DNA of 64,000 nucleotides from Gallionellaceae bacterium UBA2239 (GTDB lineage Bacteria; Pseudomonadota; Gammaproteobacteria; Burkholderiales; UBA9220): NCBI GenBank assembly GCA_002347615.1, contig DDYH01000050.1, positions 12,753 to 76,752 of the forward strand, read 5' to 3'. Shown piece by piece: positions 9,701 to 16,499 of this stretch (position 1 is its first letter; each line of letters starts with the position of its first letter). The notes under the pieces were generated by a model. It saw only the letters and a program-made list of their open reading frames with translations, ran no database searches and was not told where the DNA came from. The position numbers and the translations under genes were made by a program.

Positions 9701-12700
9701 GTAGGTGTCGTCGCCCGCCCCACCGATCAGGACATCGTCGCCCCGGCCACCGGCGAGGGTATCGGCACCATCGCTGCCAGTGATTTGGTCGGCCATGGCG
9801 GTGCCGCTCACCGTCCCGCTGCCGGAAAGGTCGAAGCCCCGGGCCAGGAGTTGTTCGTAGGTAAGCGTCATGCCGTCGGCGAACTGGAAGTTCTCGATTA
9901 CGGCGGAACCCAAGGGATTGGCGGGGTCGAAGCCTTCGATGTGGATGGCGTCGCCATTTGCCCCCACCTTGACCAGCAAGGAACCCAAGCCCAGGGAAAC
10001 CATGTCGGCGGTGATGCCTGTCCCGAACACCAAGGTGTCCGCTCCGCCAGTGTCGCTGACATGGTCCACCCCGTCCCCCAGGCTGAACACATAGGTATCA
10101 TCGCCAGTGCCGCCAGCCAACACGTCATCGCCGCCGCCTCCGACAAACGTGTTGTCGAATCCATCCAGCCCGATCAACACGTCCCCATCGGACGTGCCCT
10201 CCATCACCAGCCCGGCGGCGGTAAGCATGCCGCTGTCCCATGTCGTGCCGTCGGAAAAAATAGTCCGCATCTGCGGCATGTTGCCGGCATCAGCGTACCA
10301 GCCCGCAATGCGCAACTCGTCGCTGCCGCTTGAATAGCGCACCATCAAATCGGCACCGTCACGGCTCACCGAAATGTCGCCGCTTGCGATACCATCTGCG
10401 AAAACCAAGGCATCCGGAGCGACATCCAAAACCTGATAACCGAACCCCGCTTCGAAAACAAATTCGGACGGCACCGGCGGATCGAAGCTAGGAGCGGGTG
10501 GCGCGAGCGCGATCATGTCCCCCATGTTCAGAACCGTGCCGTCGGCAAACCGGAATTGCTCGACGCCCGTGCCGATGGGATCATCCGAGCGTGGTATGGC
10601 AACCCTGGCCATGTTGCCCCCCCAGGAAATATCCAGCGTGACGTAAGGCTTTTCCTCCCCGTCCACGGGCGATATCAACGAGGTGGTTCCCCACGCAAAA
10701 CTCAGGTCATCGATGGCCACGCCAGGACCGAACTCCACCACGTCCTGCTCAATGACCCCTGCTTCATACGCAGGAGCAAGCCCTGAATAGTCGTTGGCGG
10801 AGTTCACCGGCAAGGGAGGCAAGGGCTCCACGTACTCTACCCATCCCTGTGCCATCGCGTCCTCTAGCGTCACTCCCCATCGATCGATAAGCTCAGCCTC
10901 AAGCTCTTCGGCAGATTCAAAGGCTCCACCTTCTCCGCTCCACAAGACATATTTGCCTCCATAAAAGACTCGGGATTCCCAATTCTCGATGCCCATTTGG
11001 GCGTAATACCACTGGCTGTACGCATGTTGAGATTCGCCGCTATCCTGAATCACATCGACATCGGCCTGGCTCGGACCAAACAGATAACGCGTCGCACCGT
11101 AGCCGCCATCGAGGAAGTCGTTGCCTTCTTCTCCCGCCATCACGCCCCCCCCGAGCAAGACGTCGTTTCCCTCGCCGCCGAAGATCAAGCCACCGTCGCC
11201 GTATACCGTATCGTCACCAGCGCCTGCGTCGATGAGGGAGTAGCGGTTCCCCCATATCACATTGTTTCCGGAGCCCGCGATAATTTCCTCCAGAGTTTCC
11301 GTATAGTGTTGCTTGTCGTAATAGCCACTGGCAGTTTGAGGAAAGAAACCAGCAAGCGTCGTGGACAAGTTCTCGGCGGGATAAGGATTGATTGAGGAAA
11401 CGACCCGGACCGGGATGACTTCCGTCACGGTTCCGTGTGCGTATCCATCGGAATAGGAAGAAGTAATAGTGGTAACGTAATGGCCGGTATACGAACTGGG
11501 TTGACCATAATCCCCCGACCCGAAAAGCCCTGCCGTAGTGGTGGTGCCTCCCGACTTATAGGTATACGAAATATTCCGGTCCCAACTAATCGACACCTTC
11601 GCCAAGTACACTTCGGAGTTGCTGCTTTCCCCTCCCTGGCTGAAAATCTCCGCCTCATCGGAGATCGTCGTGACTTTTTCCAATTTTGCCGTGGCGTCGT
11701 AGAGGAAGGGGGCGTAAGTTTGCCAGCGGCTGCTGTCGATGGAGCTCGTCACCGTCCAGGGGGCACCCTCATTGGGATAGTAGGAGGTAGTTGTCGTCGA
11801 ATAAGCCTCGGCAACGTAGGCAGAGGCATTCTGGGCCCAATAGCTGCTCGTCCACGGGAAATGCAAGGTGCCATCCCCGCCTACCCTATAGCCGGAAGAA
11901 AGATAGCGCCCCGCCCATTCCACCTTCTTGGAAACGAGATAATCATTCCATGTCGAAGCGCGCCATGCCTGCGACGCGGCGGCGGTTTCGTCTGCAAGTT
12001 CCTGAGCTGATTTTTGCGCATCGCTCGCATCGCGGATGGTCCACTCCTGGGGCGTCGCGTAGTAGTCCTTGAGCACCATCCCCGTATCAGTGCCGCGGAT
12101 GTGAACCCACAGGTCATTCCCTTGCTTGTCCGCGGCCAAGTCGGACAAATCGATTCCAGCATCCAGCGCGATGACGTTTCCGCCCAGCGATGCATCGAAA
12201 ACGATGTCCTTGCCCATGCCAAAGCTGAAAACGTAGGTATCCTGACCATCGCCGCCTTTCAGCATGTCATTGCCGATGCCGCCATCCAGAGTATCGTCGC
12301 CGCCCAATCCCATCAGGGTGTCGTCATAATCCGTGCCAACCATAATGTCGGGCTCTTCCGTTCCCATAATGGGCGGCACCTCCAGCACGAGAAGGTCCGT
12401 TTCGACAAGCGCCATGCCATCGCCAAACTCGATGCGCTCGATTCGGTTCTGCGGCGAGGCATACCAGCCACGAACCGTCACGCTGCCCGAGCCGTCATTG
12501 AGCGACACCACCAGATCGCCATCGGCTTTTCTTGTCAGGGTAACGTCGCCCTGGCCGATGCCTTCACCAAAGCGCAGCACGTCGAGCGCACCACCGCCTT
12601 CCTCGATGATGTCGTGCCCGTCGCCCAACGAATAGGTATAGGTATCGTTCCCCAACCCGCCCTTCAGAACGTCGTTCCCCCACCCGCCGTGCAACATGTC

Positions 12701-15700
12701 GTCCCCGGCGCCCCCTTCCAGGGTATCGTTGCCGCCATAACCCGCGAGGGAGTCATTTCCGGTGCCGCCCTGTTTGTTGACGGCATCCTGGTATATCCGG
12801 TCAAGGAGGGCCTGCTGGGTATAGGCCGTGCCGTCGGCGAGAGCGAAAGCGAAATCCGTCTGGTCAAGGTCGCCCAAAATCGCGACTCCCGAATCCCCCC
12901 CGTCTGCCGTAAGGTAGGTGAACAGCTGGCCGTCCTCGGTAAACTGCTCCGCCGACAGATTGCTCAAGTCCATGCCTGAGGCAAACTGGATAGCGTTGTG
13001 TCCCTGAGTGTCATCCACGGTATCGCCTGCGTCCACCACGTAGGTATCATCCCCCTCGCCACCCGCGAGGTAATCCATCCCCTCGCCGCCGTCGAGATAA
13101 TCGTTCCCTAAGCCCCCCCAAAGGTCATCGTCGCCAGTGCCGCCCATCAGCACGTCATCGCCGTCTCCGCCATCGATCTGGTCATTGCCGTCTTCCCCGT
13201 CGAGGTAATCATTTCCAGCCTCTCCGAGAAGCTGATCGCTCCCCTCGCCGCCGAATAGCTCATCGTCGCCGCCATAGCCGCGGAGATAGTCGTCACCCGC
13301 CCCACCGTCGAGGTAATCGTTGCCCTGGTTTTCTGCCGGAACGTCATCGGCGTCGCCGAAAAGCTGGTCGTTGCCGGCTCCGCCGAAGAGTTGGTCATTA
13401 CCACCCTGGCCCATCAGCTTGTCGTCGCCGTCTTCCCCGTCCAAATAGTCGTCGCCATTCAGCGTGGGGTCGGAATAGGTCTTGGCGTCACCCCATATCT
13501 CGTCGTTGCCGGCACCCCCGAAAAGGGTGTCGTTGCCACCCTCCCCTTGCATCCAGTCATTGCCGTCGCCACCGTCCAGGTAGTCGTCCCCTTGCACGAC
13601 TTGCCCCGCGCCGCTGTCGTAGACAGCCTGGCCGTAGTCGCCGGTCATCTTGTCGTCGCCGGCGCCGCCAATGAGGGTGTCGCTGCCGTCGTCGCCGCTC
13701 ATCGTGTCGTTGCCATCCTCGCCATAGAGGATGTCGTCGCCGAGGAGGCCGGAGAGATGGTCGTTACCGGAGCCGCCGTAGAGGATGTCGGCACCGCCGA
13801 CCATCGGCGTCGGGTTGCGGTTTTCAATCGGGCTGAAGTAGCGGTCGAAGGGGTTGCCGTAGTCGGCGGCGCTCCAGTCAAAACCGGTGGCGGTGTAGTC
13901 GTCGTCGCCGTCGATGACGTCGTCGCCCGCTCCGCCCGCGAGGATGTCTTGCCCCTCCCCGCCGAAGAGGACGTCGTTGCTTGTTCCGCCCACGACGATG
14001 TCGTCGCCGGCGCCGCCGTTGAGCCAGTCGCCCTTGAGGCCGGTGGCGGCTTGGAGGTTGCCTTGGGTGATGGCGGCATCCAGGTCGGTTTGGGTGTCGG
14101 CGTAGAGGCGGTCGTTGCCTGCGCCGCCGTAGAGGATGTCGCTTCCTTCGCCCCCTTCAAGAAGGTCGTTTCCGCCTCGGGTGGCGAGGAGCATGTCGTT
14201 GCCGCCCAGCCCTTGGATAAGGTCGTTGCCTTCGCCGTCGTGGAGGGTGTCGTCACGGCCTGCTTCCTCGGTGCCGTCGGTGATGACGTTGTCCAGGTCG
14301 TCGGTGCGGTACTCCTGGTTGGGCGGGTCGAAGTCGAGGGGGTGGAGGTCGCCGAGGATAGTGCGGTCGGGGGGCGGCGGGATTTGCGAGTTGTCGAGGA
14401 GCTTGATGCCGAAATCGCCGTCCTGGAAGTCGCCCAGTTCGATTTGGCTGCCGTCCGGGGTGACCAGTTTCCAGGGGGAGTTGTGGGTGAGGATGATTTT
14501 GCCGTCGGCGCTTTTCCAGGTGTTGGCGGCAGTGGGGTCTTTGACGAAGACGCCGCCCGCGTAGAGGTCGTAGATGCCGTCGTTGATGACGATCCGGCCT
14601 TGCCGGTCTTCGTCGATGATGGTGTCGTTGCCGTCGCCGGTGCGGTAGTAGTAGATGTCGTTGCCTTTGCCGCCGATGAGGATGTCGTCGCCTTTGCCGC
14701 CCATGAGATAGTCGTCGCCGTCTTCGCCGATAAGGATGTTGTTGACGGCTTTTTCATTTCCGGCGGCGTCGTATTCGACGGCGTTGAGGAAGGCGGCGTG
14801 GTTGGCTTTGACGGGGTCTTTGGCGCTGCCGCGGCCGGGGTCGAGGTAGATTTCCGTTGAGAGGTAGTCGGCGGGGTTGAGGTTCGATAGCTCGGCGTAG
14901 TGGGATTTCAGGTCGGCAATCAAGGCTTCTTTGGCGGGATCAAGGGCAGAGGCGAGGGAATCTACTACATCAGCCCCCGCAAGTTGATAATCCCTATTCG
15001 CGGTGGAAATCTGTGAACTGTAGGATTGTTCATAGCCAAGTATCTTGGCGCGGTGCAGTTGCAGCATCCGGTATGCTTGTTTAGCCTCGTCGGCCCTGAC
15101 ATTCGCCACGTCATCGTAAAGGCCGAACACCTCCGACTCATAGTAACGCCGCTTGGCGACACCAGGCAGCTTGTCACCATTGGAGCCATAGCGGATTTCG
15201 TACCAGGCTTCGGCCCGGTTTCCCGTCTGCAGGGCATTCTTGAGGCCATCTCCCAGCAGTTTTCCCGCGTTGTTCCAGGCGAGGGATACAAGAGCAGCCC
15301 GCTCTTGGGCCGTTATAGGAACCCCCTCAAGCCAGTTATCCACTTTTGTCTCATATCCGCCGATTAAGGTATCGAACACTCCACGAATCTCACCGTCATT
15401 GAGGAACTGGAAATCAGGGTGCATATTCGGATTCGTTGGAATCCGACTGTCGTTGAAGTGCCGGCTCATTACTTCATTGAGCTTGGCGCATAAGGCATCC
15501 TTGTTGGCATAGCTGGCATTGACGAGGGATTTGATTTCATCCAGGTACTGTTTCTCCACAGTCCCCGCTGGCGCATTTACGTCGAAGCCGAACCGGTCGA
15601 GGACGGCATTGCGCACGTTTTCAACTCTCAGGTTGAACCCGATGCCGATGGTCGGGATGCCTTTGGAATCCAGATACGCTATCGATTTGGGGTTGCCCGT

Positions 15701-15775
15701 TTCCTCCACATTCACCAGTACGCGGTAGCGCAAGTCTTTGTAGGCTGCATCGCTCAAAGCATGGAAATTCAGCAT
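6776..15775 (-). CDS. Giant (2999 aa) RTX calcium-binding repeat protein with an N-terminal phage-type (GH24-like) lysozyme domain, 7 cadherin/Ig-like repeats and a His-rich C-terminal region; probable T1SS substrate
   Basis: The ATG at 15775 is preceded by gggaga and there is no signal peptide. N-terminal motifs are VEETGNPKSIAYLDSKGIPTIGIG, ERAALVSLAWNNAG and KRRYYESEVF. Dozens of GGxGxD nonapeptides are present, plus HCBP-related modules (DLVVSLNDGSGSVTVRGWY). Seven ~101-aa repeats end in NVNDAP. Confidence 0.9.
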   Translation of the reverse strand: MLNFHALSDAAYKDLRYRVLVNVEETGNPKSIAYLDSKGIPTIGIGFNLRVENVRNAVLDRFGFDVNAPAGTVEKQYLDEIKSLVNASYANKDALCAKLNEVMSRHFNDSRIPTNPNMHPDFQFLNDGEIRGVFDTLIGGYETKVDNWLEGVPITAQERAALVSLAWNNAGKLLGDGLKNALQTGNRAEAWYEIRYGSNGDKLPGVAKRRYYESEVFGLYDDVANVRADEAKQAYRMLQLHRAKILGYEQSYSSQISTANRDYQLAGADVVDSLASALDPAKEALIADLKSHYAELSNLNPADYLSTEIYLDPGRGSAKDPVKANHAAFLNAVEYDAAGNEKAVNNILIGEDGDDYLMGGKGDDILIGGKGNDIYYYRTGDGNDTIIDEDRQGRIVINDGIYDLYAGGVFVKDPTAANTWKSADGKIILTHNSPWKLVTPDGSQIELGDFQDGDFGIKLLDNSQIPPPPDRTILGDLHPLDFDPPNQEYRTDDLDNVITDGTEEAGRDDTLHDGEGNDLIQGLGGNDMLLATRGGNDLLEGGEGSDILYGGAGNDRLYADTQTDLDAAITQGNLQAATGLKGDWLNGGAGDDIVVGGTSNDVLFGGEGQDILAGGAGDDVIDGDDDYTATGFDWSAADYGNPFDRYFSPIENRNPTPMVGGADILYGGSGNDHLSGLLGDDILYGEDGNDTMSGDDGSDTLIGGAGDDKMTGDYGQAVYDSGAGQVVQGDDYLDGGDGNDWMQGEGGNDTLFGGAGNDEIWGDAKTYSDPTLNGDDYLDGEDGDDKLMGQGGNDQLFGGAGNDQLFGDADDVPAENQGNDYLDGGAGDDYLRGYGGDDELFGGEGSDQLLGEAGNDYLDGEDGNDQIDGGDGDDVLMGGTGDDDLWGGLGNDYLDGGEGMDYLAGGEGDDTYVVDAGDTVDDTQGHNAIQFASGMDLSNLSAEQFTEDGQLFTYLTADGGDSGVAILGDLDQTDFAFALADGTAYTQQALLDRIYQDAVNKQGGTGNDSLAGYGGNDTLEGGAGDDMLHGGWGNDVLKGGLGNDTYTYSLGDGHDIIEEGGGALDVLRFGEGIGQGDVTLTRKADGDLVVSLNDGSGSVTVRGWYASPQNRIERIEFGDGMALVETDLLVLEVPPIMGTEEPDIMVGTDYDDTLMGLGGDDTLDGGIGNDMLKGGDGQDTYVFSFGMGKDIVFDASLGGNVIALDAGIDLSDLAADKQGNDLWVHIRGTDTGMVLKDYYATPQEWTIRDASDAQKSAQELADETAAASQAWRASTWNDYLVSKKVEWAGRYLSSGYRVGGDGTLHFPWTSSYWAQNASAYVAEAYSTTTTSYYPNEGAPWTVTSSIDSSRWQTYAPFLYDATAKLEKVTTISDEAEIFSQGGESSNSEVYLAKVSISWDRNISYTYKSGGTTTTAGLFGSGDYGQPSSYTGHYVTTITSSYSDGYAHGTVTEVIPVRVVSSINPYPAENLSTTLAGFFPQTASGYYDKQHYTETLEEIIAGSGNNVIWGNRYSLIDAGAGDDTVYGDGGLIFGGEGNDVLLGGGVMAGEEGNDFLDGGYGATRYLFGPSQADVDVIQDSGESQHAYSQWYYAQMGIENWESRVFYGGKYVLWSGEGGAFESAEELEAELIDRWGVTLEDAMAQGWVEYVEPLPPLPVNSANDYSGLAPAYEAGVIEQDVVEFGPGVAIDDLSFAWGTTSLISPVDGEEKPYVTLDISWGGNMARVAIPRSDDPIGTGVEQFRFADGTVLNMGDMIALAPPAPSFDPPVPSEFVFEAGFGYQVLDVAPDALVFADGIASGDISVSRDGADLMVRYSSGSDELRIAGWYADAGNMPQMRTIFSDGTTWDSGMLTAAGLVMEGTSDGDVLIGLDGFDNTFVGGGGDDVLAGGTGDDTYVFSLGDGVDHVSDTGGADTLVFGTGITADMVSLGLGSLLVKVGANGDAIHIEGFDPANPLGSAVIENFQFADGMTLTYEQLLARGFDLSGSGTVSGTAMADQITGSDGADTLAGGRGDDVLIGGAGDDTYLFNLGDGIDIIRDIADASGGNRIQFGAGITLADLTPVLESGKLTLQVGSTGDAVVLEGFDPTGATGSLVTATVGFADGSEVSITDFLNRAPELVGALPDVSADEDAAFLYQIPAGTFIDPDAGDVLSYTATLVDGSPLPGWLAFDSSTGTFSGTPGDGDVGTLSVTVTAIDPAGEAVSDTFDLAVANVNDAPVAAIPIDAQTAAEDAPFTYALPDGAFSDVDAGDTLSFAATLQNGDPLPSWLSFDAVNRTFAGTPANGDVGVWGVQVIATDGAGMAATQLFDLTVVNVNDAPATVTPIDNQAATEDLSFVFTVPTGTFADIDAGETLSYSAALADGTPLPAWLTFDPATLTFAGTPANGDVGNIGVAVTATDLAGASTVAAFALGVANVNDAPVAAVPVGQQAAPEDALFSFTLPADAFADIDQGDSLSFGLTLADGTPLPAWLAFDAATRTLSGIPANEDVGSLQLMVTAIDAAGASASQVFALDVLNVNDAPYAVEPLASQTASEDAAFAYTLPESAFADMDVGDALSYAATLENGDPLPAWLSFDGATRTFAGMPANGDVGTLNIKVTATDLAGASASQVFALGVANVNDAPLVAEPIPDQTATEDAPFSYALPDSAFADVDLGDTLQFGVTLADGLPLPDWLTFDPITRTLTGTPANGDVGSLGLTVTATDGSGASASDTFDLAVANVNDAPILVAPLADQTAQTKAAFTWQVPAGSFTDVDQGDALAYSATLADGSALPSWLVFDAATQTFSGTAPANASGTLDVQVTATDDSQASASDVFRLTLEKGKGGEDNGHHCGHDGGSGNWPGHHGSGHGHGHDNHHDRHEDRDHDHYGKRNDKDKVQERIDGLLHRWFDQSGRYQTVRLSDFDDITKGGKQLRGLGDDEDGRSYQAQWGRMHSRLDAHFAAFDGDLGAPSGHSHFSEAANGLGSGGKGAEKGHGSIPSNAGGKGGMQSFTGLREGFTHLGW
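7330..9440 (-). repeat. Seven tandem ~303-nt coding repeats (cadherin-like / putative Ig domain type) inside the RTX gene
   Basis: Each unit has the pattern xxPxxDQTAxEDAxFxYxLPxxAFxDxDxGDxLxYxATLxDGxPLPxWLxFDxxTxTFxGTPxNxDVGxLxxxVTATDxxGAxAxxxFxLxVxNVNDAP. I counted 7 units in the translation. Confidence 0.85.
13791..14368 (-). repeat. Shared RTX segment, copy A (inside the full-length RTX gene)
   Basis: Aligns without gaps to 16530-17107 at offset 2739. About 13 aa differ out of ~190. Homology stops abruptly at both ends. Confidence 0.9.
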
Positions 15776-15788
15776 GACGTTTTCTCCC

Positions 15789-16499
15789 TTATTTCAAGTA
15801 TTGAAATACGCAAACAGGAATGGTGCCTTTTTCTAACCCACCCCTCGCAGAAAATGGCTCTTCCATGTACAGATTGTTACCTCCAGACCCCCTCCTCATC
15901 ACGTAAGCGCGCCCTTCATGCACCACGACTCCAATCATGTGAATAGGGTAGAGATAACGCGTATCCACCTTGCTTATGGATTCATCGACTACCGCCATGT
16001 TCGTGCGTTGGCCATAGAAATCCGGAGTTTCTTGATTGCATGGTCCATCATCGAATTTGACGACATGTTCTTTCTGACCATCATGGTCGAGATCAATCCA
16101 GGTATGCCACATGTGAGTCTTACCTGTTTCGATGCGTTGCATCATGTCCGAGGGAATGGGTCTCCAGGATTCCGGTGGCGTGTAATAAAGGGCGTGATTT
16201 TGCATTTGCTGAATTACCGCTAGATGCTCCTTGGGATCGACTTCTTCCCACTCGGGCAAAGAAAGGCTCTTGATGGAAGGATCACGTTTCCAGTCACATA
16301 TGGCAGATTTGCCGCAGGTGGCATTGAGGTTTTTCTCGAAATCTCGGCAGACCGGGTAGTTGCCGCTTTGGACTTCCGGCCATTTTCGCTTGAGCAATTT
16401 GAAGCACTGCTGCGGCAACCCTGCTGGCTGATCCGCCCATGCCGCCTGTCCAAGAAAAACTGCGAACAACAGCCCTACCTTGAATATCGCGCCCATCAT
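15789..16499 (-). CDS. Secreted/periplasmic Cys-containing hypothetical protein; candidate immunity protein (A)
   Basis: The start MMGAIFKVGLLFAVFLGQAAWA looks like a signal peptide. Its ATG overlaps the TGA of the lipase stub (ATGA) and is preceded by ggaggag. The gene is visibly more AT-rich than its flanks. I recognise no family. Confidence 0.7.
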   Translation of the reverse strand: MMGAIFKVGLLFAVFLGQAAWADQPAGLPQQCFKLLKRKWPEVQSGNYPVCRDFEKNLNATCGKSAICDWKRDPSIKSLSLPEWEEVDPKEHLAVIQQMQNHALYYTPPESWRPIPSDMMQRIETGKTHMWHTWIDLDHDGQKEHVVKFDDGPCNQETPDFYGQRTNMAVVDESISKVDTRYLYPIHMIGVVVHEGRAYVMRRGSGGNNLYMEEPFSARGGLEKGTIPVCVFQYLK

